From positions 1 through 63,314 of the IMG/VR virus record IMGVR_UViG_3300037156_000068: a DNA stretch of 63,314 bases; one strand, written 5' to 3'. The stretch comes from a virus. Taxonomy: Duplodnaviria > Caudoviricetes. A model generated the notes under the pieces. That model was not told the DNA's origin, searched no databases, and was given only the letters and a program-made list of their open reading frames with translations. Positions 1 through 8,989 of this stretch are shown piece after piece; within the stretch, counting starts at the first letter, position 1; the number at the start of each line of letters is the position of its first letter. The translations under genes and the position numbers were made by a program.

Positions 1-636
1 TTAAGGTGGCCAGCATGTTCCCCATTGGTAAAGTACGCCTGCTGACCCTTCAGGAGGGCAAGGATGCCAATGAGTACCTTGCGGCAGGTAAGCAGGCCCA
101 GTTCATCAAGGAGTGGTTCCAGGCCCCCGTATTTACACCTAGCGGATTGAAGCTCGGTAAGAATATGTGGGATGAGATTAAGGCACCGAAGAATCTCAAG
201 TCCGTCTCGTACCCTTGGGCCGGACTACAGAAGAAGACCTACGGCATTCGGTACTCTGAGGTGGTCATTGTTACCGCTGAAACGGGCGTGGGGAAGTCAA
301 GCATTCTCCGCGAAATCGAGCACCATGTACTGAAGGAGACACTAGATGATCCTGAGAAACCCGGTGTGGGGCTATTACATCTCGAAGAGTCCAATTCCGA
401 CACCGCCTTGGGGCTCATGTCTATTACTGCTAATAAGCCTCTTCATTTACCGGATGTACGCGAGCTAGTAGATGAAAAAGAACTGCGGGAATATTACGAC
501 AAGACTATCAATACTGATCGTATCGTGGTTTGGGATCACTTTGGAGCCAACTCTATTCATGAAGTTCTGAATAAAATCAGACACATGGCCAATCTTGGTT
601 GTAAATATATTATCGTAGATCACTTGTCGATTATTG
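1..636. repeat. Left copy of a 636-bp imperfect direct repeat at the contig ends (circularisation overlap plus allelic bubble)
   Basis: 1-636 aligns without gaps to 62679-63314; identical over 1-109 and 510-636, many mostly synonymous substitutions in between. Confidence 0.95.
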
Positions 637-1016
637 TCTCAGATCAGGCGGTTGATGAAAGGAAGGCCTTGGATGAGATCGCAACTAAGCTCAAAACGAT
701 TTGCATGGAACTTGGTATTGCCGTTATTGCGGTCATCCACCAAAATCGTAACGGTCAGATTCGTGGCACGGCGGGCGTGGAGCAGTTGGCCAATCTTGTG
801 TTTAAGCTTCACCGTGAGACCGAGAGTGCTAGTGAATGGCGTAGAAACGTCACCAAGGTTTCTGTACAAAAGAATCGTTTCTGTGGAATTACCGGGCCTG
901 GGGTTTATCTTTTCTATGACCCTATTACCGCAAGGCTCAGTGAGCTAACCGACGATGAGATTAAGGCGTACGAAGAGGGTGAGGAGCCCGGAAGTTCGAT
1001 GGAGGCACCATGGTAA
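1..1016 (+). CDS. T7 gp4-like primase-helicase, C-terminal part (end of TOPRIM plus SF4 helicase); the gene starts at 62012 and wraps
   Basis: Walker A AETGVGKS, Walker B IIVDHLS, RGTAGVEQLAN and KNRFCG motifs; in frame with the primase ORF at 62012. Confidence 0.95.
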   Translation, partial: KVASMFPIGKVRLLTLQEGKDANEYLAAGKQAQFIKEWFQAPVFTPSGLKLGKNMWDEIKAPKNLKSVSYPWAGLQKKTYGIRYSEVVIVTAETGVGKSSILREIEHHVLKETLDDPEKPGVGLLHLEESNSDTALGLMSITANKPLHLPDVRELVDEKELREYYDKTINTDRIVVWDHFGANSIHEVLNKIRHMANLGCKYIIVDHLSIIVSDQAVDERKALDEIATKLKTICMELGIAVIAVIHQNRNGQIRGTAGVEQLANLVFKLHRETESASEWRRNVTKVSVQKNRFCGITGPGVYLFYDPITARLSELTDDEIKAYEEGEEPGSSMEAPW

Positions 1017-1501
1017 ATAAGATAATCTTTCTCGACCTTGATGGGCCTATGATTCCTGGCAGGTCCTATCTAAATGGTCCCGGCGATAATCGAGACCTGG
1101 TTCTGGCCGGAATGTACAACAAATTTGATCCTCTTGCTGTAGCCATGATTAATGATGTCTGTGAGCACAAGGGTTGGAGACTAGTCTTGCACACTAGTTG
1201 GGTCAGGCATATTGGCGGTAAGTTAACCCAGAATCATTGCATTGAGGAGGGTATTAAGCCTGAATATTTTCATGAGAATGCCTGGTGTGATGAGAATGAA
1301 AACTGGCGCTATACGCGTGTGGCTCGGTGGCTTGAGGGGCATCCTGAGGTCACAGATTATGTAATCATTGATGATAGCCCTTACAACGCGGACATCATGA
1401 GTGGTTATCCTCATCCAGAGGACATGGAGCGGCACCTAATGCTTGTTAGTTATGAGGACGGGCTTTTGTCTGAACACTATAACAAATTGAGAGGAATTTA
1501 A
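1010..1501 (+). CDS. HAD-family phosphatase (Swiss-Army-knife RNA-repair type)
   Basis: IIFLDLDGP motif I, LVLHTSW motif II, YVIIDDS motif IV. Confidence 0.8.
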   Translation: MVNKIIFLDLDGPMIPGRSYLNGPGDNRDLVLAGMYNKFDPLAVAMINDVCEHKGWRLVLHTSWVRHIGGKLTQNHCIEEGIKPEYFHENAWCDENENWRYTRVARWLEGHPEVTDYVIIDDSPYNADIMSGYPHPEDMERHLMLVSYEDGLLSEHYNKLRGI

Positions 1502-1503
1502 AT

Positions 1504-1707
1504 ATGTACGGAATTGACGTACTTGAGGCGGATGGGCCTCTGACCAAACATGACTATGAGTTCCTCTCAGGCCTCTGGAAGGGCAGCCAGGGGGCCGCAA
1601 TGAACATCGTTGAGGAATGGTGCCATAACAAGGGCCTTGGCGGCTATGGGGCTCCCACGGAGAAGGGGCTTAAGGCGATGAGGGCTTATGAGGACTATGA
1701 TGGTTAA
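1504..1707 (+). CDS. hypothetical protein
   Basis: ORF with SD-like gagg upstream, tightly packed in the operon. Confidence 0.6.
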   Translation: MYGIDVLEADGPLTKHDYEFLSGLWKGSQGAAMNIVEEWCHNKGLGGYGAPTEKGLKAMRAYEDYDG

Positions 1708-1888
1708 GCAGTCTTCCGACTTGGCCGAAGGTACTGAGGGCGAGTTGAACGAGGCTCGCCGAGTGCTGAACTCATACGATTGCCCCTGTGGGCGCGTCTG
1801 GCAGGACACATGGTCATGCGCTTGTGATGATCGGTGCCCTAAGTGTCATAGGTCATGTTCTCCTAGTAAGTCTAAGGAAATCAAATGA
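1700..1888 (+). CDS. small Cys-rich (Zn-ribbon-like) protein
   Basis: CPCG...CACDDRCPKC; start uncertain. Confidence 0.55.
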   Translation: MVKQSSDLAEGTEGELNEARRVLNSYDCPCGRVWQDTWSCACDDRCPKCHRSCSPSKSKEIK

Positions 1889-2037
1889 GCCTGTTTTGGT
1901 GCGCTGACTGTGGAGACTTAAAGGATTCTGATGATGGTTGTGACGAGGGCTTTGGATATCTGGATCTAAGGTGCTCAGACTGCATGATCAATGTGTTGGA
2001 TCAAGAATTGGATGAAGTTTTCGAGGATGGAAGTTAG
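1885..2037 (+). CDS. small acidic Zn-finger-like protein (below ORF-track cutoff)
   Basis: MSLFWCADCG...RCSDC...; ATGA overlap with the upstream stop. Confidence 0.5.
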   Translation: MSLFWCADCGDLKDSDDGCDEGFGYLDLRCSDCMINVLDQELDEVFEDGS

Positions 2038-2039
2038 AT

Positions 2040-2321
2040 ATGGCTAGCTATTATGAGCTGTTCAAGTGTCTACCAGAGGATGCGACTCTGACAGATATGG
2101 TTAAAAGACTATTTGAGTACCTTGATTACCAAGAGGAATCTGAATCTGGTAGGACATTCCATCCAGTCACTATTGGTAGTTGCCGAGTGATGTTTCAAGA
2201 ACCTTTGAATGATCTACTGAAACGCATGAAGGAACTCTCAGTTAAACCGTGTCCGCACTGTGATTACGATAGCTGGTGCAACGAGGGGATCAAATATGAG
2301 GATTTACGTTCTACGCGTTAA
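2040..2321 (+). CDS. hypothetical protein
   Basis: packed ORF. Confidence 0.6.
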   Translation: MASYYELFKCLPEDATLTDMVKRLFEYLDYQEESESGRTFHPVTIGSCRVMFQEPLNDLLKRMKELSVKPCPHCDYDSWCNEGIKYEDLRSTR

Positions 2322-2643
2322 ACCCCGACTGGACATGTTCTTTGTTTTGCCATGGGCATTTCATGTGATCCAACGATTTAATTCGGGTTGGCCATATACA
2401 AGTTACAGGTTCGGGCCAATCGCAGTAAGGAGATTTTGGAGGTGAGGCAAGGGCCAATTTATGCAATGCAAGGGGTTAAGTGGATAGATGCTCACCCACA
2501 TATCCCGGTTCCGCTAGAACTGATGGAGGATTTTATGAATTGTCAATACATTAATTGGAGGGATGATAAGCAAGGATGTTTTACGCTGATTGTTGTAAAG
2601 CTTCTGCCAGAAGCGTGCGAAGCTGGGCATAAGGATAGGCCAA

Positions 2644-3195
2644 ATGTCTGAAGATTTTATTAAATATCCAAAAACTCCAAGACTATTCAGGGACATTGTA
2701 GTCACAGAGAAGATCGACGGAACAAATGCTCAAATTGTAATTGACGAGAATGAGACCATTCGAGCTGGTTCACGTAATCGTTGGATCACACCGGATGATG
2801 ATAACTACGGATTTGCTAGGTGGGTTCACGAGAATTCAGAACTTCTAGTTAAGGTTCTCGGTCCAGGGAGGCATTTCGGAGAATGGTGGGGGCAAGGTAT
2901 TCAACGCAATTATAATCTTGATGAGAAGCGCTTCAGCCTATTTAATGTGGGCAAGTGGGGTGATCACTCAACACCAGAGACTCGTATCGCAGGTTTGATC
3001 TATACGGTGCCAACTCTTCTTCAGTACACATTCTCAGAAGAGGCTCTTGAAACTGTAAAGCTTGATCTTGAGGTGAATGGTTCTAAGGCTAGTCCGGGTT
3101 TTATGGAGCCTGAGGGATATATTGTGTATCATACCGCAGGAAATCATACCTATAAAGTTCTACTGGAAAATGATAGCCAACCAAAAGGAGAGTAA
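2644..3195 (+). CDS. RNA ligase (Rnl2-like adenylyltransferase domain only)
   Basis: motif I VTEKIDGTNA, GSRNR, FGEWWG, PEGYIV, C-terminal Lys. Confidence 0.85.
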   Translation: MSEDFIKYPKTPRLFRDIVVTEKIDGTNAQIVIDENETIRAGSRNRWITPDDDNYGFARWVHENSELLVKVLGPGRHFGEWWGQGIQRNYNLDEKRFSLFNVGKWGDHSTPETRIAGLIYTVPTLLQYTFSEEALETVKLDLEVNGSKASPGFMEPEGYIVYHTAGNHTYKVLLENDSQPKGE

Positions 3196-5039
3196 TGTAT
3201 CTGCGGCATGAGAACTTATCAAACTATTGGATTCTGGACGTCGAGGCGGATGACCTTAAAGCGACTAAAGTATATTGTATTGTCCTGGTCAATGTGGGGG
3301 ATCGCTCTAGGGTTATATTTCGCCCTGATGACTTGGCCAGGTTTCGAGATTGGGTTGAGGCTCATCCTCAGGCTATTCTCGTAGGACACAACATTGTTTC
3401 CTTTGATGCGCCTACTCTTAACCGTCTTCTTAATACCAGCATTTCAAGTGATCGCTGTGTGGATACTCTTATTCTTTCTTATCTTTATAATCCGAGGATG
3501 CCTGGGGGGCACTCGCTAGCGGCATGGGGTGAGAGACTAAACTTTAAGAAGGGGGATTTCCATGACTTCAGTTGCTTTACGGGGGAGATGCTTGATTACT
3601 GTGCGCAAGACGTCGCCTTGACACTTAAAGTCTTCCTCGCGCTTACCAAGCGTATGTTAGCACAAGGGTTCAGTGAGAAGTCCTGTGAGCTGGAACATCA
3701 AATTCGAGTAGTATTAGACAAACAGGAAAAGAATGGATTCTATTTTGAAATTGAAAAGGCCGGGGCGCTCCAACAACGGCTCCTTGAGAAGCAGGCCCAA
3801 TTGGAGGGACCGATCCGAGAACTCTTCCCTCCCGTGCTCGAAGTTATACAGTCTTATAAATATCGGACTAAGCAAGATGGACAGCCGTTTGCCAGTTATC
3901 TCAGACACTTAGAGGAGTATCCTGATGTACGGTTAAACGCGGATGGTTCCTATGATTGCTATGACTGGGTAACATTTAACATCGGCTCGCCTCCACAACG
4001 AGTTGAGAAGCTGTTGTCCCTTGGCTGGAAACCTAATAAGTTCACAAAGAAAACGGCTAAGGGTGGCGGAGGCAATCCTCAGGTTGATGAGGAGAGTCTT
4101 GTCGAGTTCGCTAATAAGACCAAGCGCCCTGAGATACAGGCGATTGCGGATTGGCTGGTCCTTCAGGGTCGATGCTCGATGCTTGGCACATGGTTGAATT
4201 GTGTTAATCGTGAAGATCATCGTATGCATGGTCGTGTCTTCACCTGCGGGGCTGGGACGCGGCGTATGACCCACACCCAACCCAACTCAGCCAATTGTCC
4301 CAAGGCCAAAAAGAAGGTGCCATATGGCATCGAGATGCGGAGTTGTTGGTCTGTAACAGATAAGCCTACCCGCTGTCTCGTAGGTTATGATGCTAAAGGT
4401 CTTGAGATGCGGATGCTTGCCCATTATCTCAATGATCCTGAGGCTGCCGAATTGTTTATCAATGGTGATCCCCATATGGTAAATACTCGGGCCCTAGGCC
4501 TGCCTGACGAGTACCGCGACTTAACTGTAAAAAATGCTTTTTACGCCTTCCAGTATGGCGCTCAGGATGCCAAACTTGGGGCCACGCTTAAACCAGAACT
4601 ATCTGGTCGAGCCGCTAAAGAGGAGGGCAAGAGAGTTCGGAAGATTCTTGAAGAGGCCACACCGGGTTTGGCTAGGCTGGTTAAAGAGCTTAAGCGTGAG
4701 TATGAAGGAGATAACGGTTGGCTGGAGACTATTGATGGGGGCTATGTACGTTGCCCAAGTCCACATGCCGCATTGAATTACAAGTGTCAATCGGCGGGAG
4801 GCATCGTTATGAAACAGGCATCTATCATACTGGACAGACATATTACAGAAAGAGGTTTGGATTGTTTACGAGTCGCGGACATCCACGACGAGGGTCAACT
4901 AGATTGCTTACGGAGGGATTCACGTGAAGTCGGTAAGCTCGCCATGCAAAGTATCAGGGAAGCGGGTGAAGAACTCAACTTCCGTGTCCCCCTCGCAGGT
5001 TCATTCAAACGAGGGTTCTCATGGGCAACGACCCACTAA
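3195..5039 (+). CDS. polA: DNA polymerase family A (T7-like) with 3'-5' exonuclease
   Basis: ExoI LDVEAD, ExoII GHNIVSFD, ExoIII YCAQDV; motif A DAKGLEMR, motif B KNAFYAFQYG, motif C IHDE. Confidence 0.97.
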   Translation: MYLRHENLSNYWILDVEADDLKATKVYCIVLVNVGDRSRVIFRPDDLARFRDWVEAHPQAILVGHNIVSFDAPTLNRLLNTSISSDRCVDTLILSYLYNPRMPGGHSLAAWGERLNFKKGDFHDFSCFTGEMLDYCAQDVALTLKVFLALTKRMLAQGFSEKSCELEHQIRVVLDKQEKNGFYFEIEKAGALQQRLLEKQAQLEGPIRELFPPVLEVIQSYKYRTKQDGQPFASYLRHLEEYPDVRLNADGSYDCYDWVTFNIGSPPQRVEKLLSLGWKPNKFTKKTAKGGGGNPQVDEESLVEFANKTKRPEIQAIADWLVLQGRCSMLGTWLNCVNREDHRMHGRVFTCGAGTRRMTHTQPNSANCPKAKKKVPYGIEMRSCWSVTDKPTRCLVGYDAKGLEMRMLAHYLNDPEAAELFINGDPHMVNTRALGLPDEYRDLTVKNAFYAFQYGAQDAKLGATLKPELSGRAAKEEGKRVRKILEEATPGLARLVKELKREYEGDNGWLETIDGGYVRCPSPHAALNYKCQSAGGIVMKQASIILDRHITERGLDCLRVADIHDEGQLDCLRRDSREVGKLAMQSIREAGEELNFRVPLAGSFKRGFSWATTH

Positions 5040-5123
5040 ACGACGATTCTTTTTGGCAAAGCCCGAGGATCGCGAGATGGTGCCAATCACTAAGGAAGAT
5101 TTTATGAAATCACTAGGAATTAA

Positions 5124-5306
5124 ATGACAACCAAAATCACTGTTGAGAACCACAGTCGAGTCAGGCTGGAGGTGACCTTTGAGAATAAGATTAACGATGA
5201 GGAGGGATGGGTACGATTTAAATCAACGATCTTTGAAAAAGATGATGTGCAGCCACGAGACTTTTACATCTGGGGTAAGCAGCGCCTAATTGTTGAGGAG
5301 CTGTAG
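5124..5306 (+). CDS. hypothetical protein
   Basis: ORF with agga SD. Confidence 0.5.
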   Translation: MTTKITVENHSRVRLEVTFENKINDEEGWVRFKSTIFEKDDVQPRDFYIWGKQRLIVEEL

Positions 5307-5364
5307 TATTATCCTGCTTAGGGGGCCCAACTAAAGTATTTTATCATGGATTGGAGATTTGTCA

Positions 5365-5535
5365 ATGGATGACTATGATTCGTATTTCGATGGTGCCTAT
5401 GACTGGGGTCGTGACCTGGCCAAGGAGTATGATTTAGCACCGGCCTTTGACCGACTATTCGATGGGTACTTAACAGATACTCAAGTGTCTGTATCTGCTG
5501 CTCGGATGGCTCTAGAAGTTTTAGGAATCCTATAG
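5365..5535 (+). CDS. 56-aa acidic microprotein (paralog A)
   Basis: MDDYDSYFDGAYDWGRDLAKEYDL...ALEVLGIL; ggag SD; similar to the next ORF. Confidence 0.65.
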   Translation: MDDYDSYFDGAYDWGRDLAKEYDLAPAFDRLFDGYLTDTQVSVSAARMALEVLGIL

Positions 5536-5691
5536 ATGGAAGATAACGAAGAGTACAATTTCGGCTATGACCTAGCAGAAGAGTATGCCCTTGAAGATGC
5601 GTACTCATTCATATTCTTTCGGAGGACTGAGGATGGTTATTCAGATCGAGATGCGGCAGTCTCGGCGTTACAAACATTAGGCATTCTGTAG
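5536..5691 (+). CDS. 51-aa acidic microprotein (paralog B)
   Basis: MEDNEEYNFGYDLAEEYAL...ALQTLGIL; starts immediately after the paralog A stop. Confidence 0.65.
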   Translation: MEDNEEYNFGYDLAEEYALEDAYSFIFFRRTEDGYSDRDAAVSALQTLGIL

Positions 5692-5693
5692 GT

Positions 5694-5846
5694 ATGCGAT
5701 GTTACTCCTGCGAAGACCCAGAATGTGATGAGCATTGTATGCTTGAAGATGTAGTTTTTACAGAGGAGGAGATCGAGGACTATAATTGGTATATCAACAC
5801 TCACTTGCTGCCTAGTAGTACGAATAGTGTTGACACAGATACGTAG
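5694..5846 (+). CDS. small Cys-rich acidic protein
   Basis: MRCYSCEDPECDEHC...; packed ORF. Confidence 0.45.
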   Translation: MRCYSCEDPECDEHCMLEDVVFTEEEIEDYNWYINTHLLPSSTNSVDTDT

Positions 5847-5858
5847 ATAGGTTATTAT
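5830..5858 (+). promoter_or_regulatory. sigma70-type promoter upstream of SSB
   Basis: TTGACA-17-TATTAT. Confidence 0.8.
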
Positions 5859-5923
5859 ATTCGTAGTGGAAGATGTATTCCTCCACTATCAAACAATAAG
5901 AAAAAATAGGACAAGAAACAAAC

Positions 5924-6385
5924 ATGCCAATGTTACAAGGTAAGGCTTTCTACGCTAAGGTTGTCGGTAAGCCTAAGCCAGGTTATGATAAGACTAAGCT
6001 CGAATGGTCGCTTGATGTGGCCATTACCCCGGACACTAAGAAGCGCCTAATCAAAGAGGGCGTTGGTGCGTACATTAAGAACAAGGGTGATGATCGCGGA
6101 GACTTTATCTCCTTCAAGCGTGCTGCTACGAAGATGGATGGTACCCCAGGTAAGCCCATCGAGGTTGTTGATAACAAGGGTCAGCCATGGGATCAGAATA
6201 CCTTTATCGGTAATAAGTCTGTGGTCAATGTCATGTATGCGCTTAATGAGAAGGCTGCTGGTGGCCTGAAGCCCGGGCTAATTAAGATGCAAGTCTGGGA
6301 GCATGTGCCCTATGTGCCCTCCGGTGATCAGGAGGACTTCCCGGTTGTGGACGATGGTGAGAACTGGTCTGAGGATGCTGCGTAA
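5924..6385 (+). CDS. single-stranded DNA-binding protein (gp2.5-like)
   Basis: OB-fold-like phage SSB pattern (IGNKSVVNV, MQVWEHVPY), acidic C-tail, position in the replication module. Confidence 0.8.
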   Translation: MPMLQGKAFYAKVVGKPKPGYDKTKLEWSLDVAITPDTKKRLIKEGVGAYIKNKGDDRGDFISFKRAATKMDGTPGKPIEVVDNKGQPWDQNTFIGNKSVVNVMYALNEKAAGGLKPGLIKMQVWEHVPYVPSGDQEDFPVVDDGENWSEDAA

Positions 6386-6522
6386 CCCGCAGTAAGAACT
6401 AACCCAAGACCTACGGGTGCTTGGATTGGGCGTAGCATAAGTTCGTTGCTACGGAAGAGTAGGCGGCAGGATGGGGCCTATCTTCGCACTTTTAAGCAGA
6501 ACTAACAATTAAGAAAGATAAG

Positions 6523-6732
6523 ATGCGAAAATACGCATTTAAGTTTAATAGGCAGATCGAAGGTACTGAGGACTGTGACGCTACGGTCCTAGCTGAGACC
6601 GAACAAGAGGCCTTTGAGAAATTCAATAACAAAGAATGGGCCACGTTCTTAATCGCAAAGCGCGATGTTAAGACTGATATGTCAGACACACTGATCTCCA
6701 GTTATAAGGACCTTGGCATTGTCAGCACCTGA
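6523..6732 (+). CDS. hypothetical protein
   Basis: ORF. Confidence 0.55.
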   Translation: MRKYAFKFNRQIEGTEDCDATVLAETEQEAFEKFNNKEWATFLIAKRDVKTDMSDTLISSYKDLGIVST

Positions 6733-7624
6733 GATCACGACACTAATTGAGGACGTGTACGGGCTGTTCAAGGGGCATGAGTGTGACCCTAAGCGTGTTG
6801 AGGAATTTGGCCACAGCCTCGCTCAAATAGTCTCTAGCCGCCTAGCTGAGAACCGTGAGGGCCAGAAGCCAAACCTCCGCCTATCGGCCATAGGGAAGCC
6901 CCCTAGGGCTCTCTGGTACGATTTAAATGATAGTGAGTTAGCAGAGGATGCAAGGCGGTCAGCAGAACCCCTAGAACCTTATGTACGTCTCAAGTTTCTT
7001 ACCGGAGATTTGTGGGAGGCTGTTCTCTTGTTCCTGGCTAAAGAGGCTGGGCACACTGTTGAGCAGGAGCAGGCCACAGTCGAACTTAATGGAGTTGTGG
7101 GGCATATCGATGCGATAATCGATGGAGTGGTTGTGGATGTTAAGTCCGCATCGACGCGATCTTTTGAGAAGTTCAAGACCGGCGAACTCCGGAATGATGA
7201 TGGTTTCGGTTATATGGAGCAAATTTCCGGATATAGTTTGTCACTTGGAGGACTTCCCGGGGCTTTCTTCGCGGGGGATAAAACTCTTGGTCATCTAGCG
7301 CTTATGCAAATGGATAGTGCTGAGCTGGCCAATATTCAACCGGTTGAGCGCATTGACTATCTAAGAGGCGTTATTGCCAGCCCCGAGCCCCCTGAGAGGT
7401 GCTACAGCCCTAAGATTGAGGGGTCTAAAAACTATAAGACCGGTGGATTTAGTCCGAATGGTAATCTGAGCCTAAGCACTGGCTGCTCCTATTGCAAATT
7501 CAAGCAGACGTGTTGGTCAGACTCTAATGGTGGTCTCGGGCTCAGAGGCTATGTCTATTCCAGCGGTATCAAATGGTTCACCCATATCGAGTCAGAACCT
7601 AAGGTTATGGAAGTGACCTTTTAA
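6713..7624 (+). CDS. PD-(D/E)XK exonuclease (Cas4/RecB-like)
   Basis: GHIDAIIDGVVVDVKSAS, QISGYS, C-terminal CSYC...C cluster. Confidence 0.85.
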   Translation: MALSAPEITTLIEDVYGLFKGHECDPKRVEEFGHSLAQIVSSRLAENREGQKPNLRLSAIGKPPRALWYDLNDSELAEDARRSAEPLEPYVRLKFLTGDLWEAVLLFLAKEAGHTVEQEQATVELNGVVGHIDAIIDGVVVDVKSASTRSFEKFKTGELRNDDGFGYMEQISGYSLSLGGLPGAFFAGDKTLGHLALMQMDSAELANIQPVERIDYLRGVIASPEPPERCYSPKIEGSKNYKTGGFSPNGNLSLSTGCSYCKFKQTCWSDSNGGLGLRGYVYSSGIKWFTHIESEPKVMEVTF

Positions 7625-8151
7625 TGGGTAAGAGAAGTAATTTTGAAAGGATTCCAAGGGATTTCTATCAAACACCGCTGGAAGCAGTCCTACCACTTCT
7701 AGACCATCTCCCTCTAAATACGCAATTCATCGAACCGTGCGCTGGTGACGGGGCGCTTGTTAGACATTTAGAGGCTTCCGGGCATACTTGCATAGAGGCT
7801 TATGATATTGAGCCTCAGAATGTGGATATTTATAAGGCTGATGCGCTGCAAGTATATTTCGGTGATAGGGCTGAATATCTAATAACCAATCCCCCATGGG
7901 ATCGAAATATCCTCCACCCACTGATTGACCATTTTTCGGCGCAGGTCTCGACTTGGCTACTGTTTGATGCTGATTGGATTCATACTAAACAGTCGATACC
8001 TTATCTGAACAGGCTACGTAGCATAGTTTCCATCGGACGCATCAAATGGATTCCAGATTCAAAGATGACTGGTAAAGATAACTGTGCATGGTATCTATTC
8101 GTGCCAGAGGACCGGAATCCCGGCGAAATAACTTTCTATGGTCGTAATTAA
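7624..8151 (+). CDS. orphan amino-DNA methyltransferase (N6A/N4C type)
   Basis: SAM-binding IEPCAGDG and catalytic TNPPW. Confidence 0.8.
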   Translation: MGKRSNFERIPRDFYQTPLEAVLPLLDHLPLNTQFIEPCAGDGALVRHLEASGHTCIEAYDIEPQNVDIYKADALQVYFGDRAEYLITNPPWDRNILHPLIDHFSAQVSTWLLFDADWIHTKQSIPYLNRLRSIVSIGRIKWIPDSKMTGKDNCAWYLFVPEDRNPGEITFYGRN

Positions 8152-8176
8152 AATAATAATAATAAGGATAAAAAGT

Positions 8177-8443
8177 ATGAAAAACATCGTTGACTTCCCC
8201 TCCACTGGAGACGAACAACCCAAGGAACCTACGCATTATATCTATGAAATCTCAGTAAAGAAATCTGATGGTCAGGACGAGATTATTAAGTGCGAAGGTT
8301 ATCTTATTGCAACTCCAGCGTTTATTGGTATTTGTCAAGGCCCATACGCTGCATCGAAGTTCCATTTTATCGCCCCGCTGGATAATGTTAATTACGCGAA
8401 CTCTAGTGGCTCGGTCAAGTTCACCGGAAGGCTGTCCAGCTAG
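8177..8443 (+). CDS. hypothetical protein
   Basis: ORF with aagga SD. Confidence 0.55.
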   Translation: MKNIVDFPSTGDEQPKEPTHYIYEISVKKSDGQDEIIKCEGYLIATPAFIGICQGPYAASKFHFIAPLDNVNYANSSGSVKFTGRLSS

Positions 8444-8444
8444 T

Positions 8445-8795
8445 ATGGCGGGACCAAGAAACCCCTTTGAACGTAGGGTTGATGCTGAATTTCAGCGGTT
8501 AAAGGCTGGGGCCAAGTATGAGAGTCTCAGGATTCCCTACAGTATCCATGCGGAGTACATCCCCGATTGGGTTCTGCCAAATGGTAATGTCATTGAGGGG
8601 AAGGGGTTCTTGGACAAAGATTCTAAGAGGAAGATGATTGCAGTTAAGAAATGTAATCCACACCTAAAAATCTTCTTTGTCTTTTTCGATGCCCATAAGA
8701 AAATTAGTGGGACAAAACAAACTCATGCGGGCTGGGCCGAGAAAAACGGCTTTGGCTGGAGCCATGAGTTGCCACTGGAGGAATGGATTAAATGA
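8445..8795 (+). CDS. Holliday junction resolvase, T7 endonuclease I-like
   Basis: RNPFE...YIPDWVLPNGNVIEGKG...WAEKNGF. Confidence 0.9.
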   Translation: MAGPRNPFERRVDAEFQRLKAGAKYESLRIPYSIHAEYIPDWVLPNGNVIEGKGFLDKDSKRKMIAVKKCNPHLKIFFVFFDAHKKISGTKQTHAGWAEKNGFGWSHELPLEEWIK

Positions 8796-8989
8796 TTTTA
8801 GACTTAGGTATTTCTAGGATGTCTCGCGTGTACGCCTCACGGGAATGGCATAAAACCTTCGCATGGTTGCCTGTTTATGTAGGTGATCGCGACTGGCGTT
8901 GGCTAGAGTATGTTGAGCGGAGATTCGACGGTTGGTCCAATTGGTATGATAAGCCGGTTCTCCCGGAGTATAGGGCACTAGATGAGTAA
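8792..8989 (+). CDS. hypothetical phage protein
   Basis: WHKTFAWLPV...WLEYVERR pattern; ATGA coupling. Confidence 0.6.
   Translation: MILDLGISRMSRVYASREWHKTFAWLPVYVGDRDWRWLEYVERRFDGWSNWYDKPVLPEYRALDE

Noticed and set aside
6713-7624. CRISPR-associated Cas4
   Set aside because: It is a stand-alone exonuclease in the replication module with no array or other cas genes.
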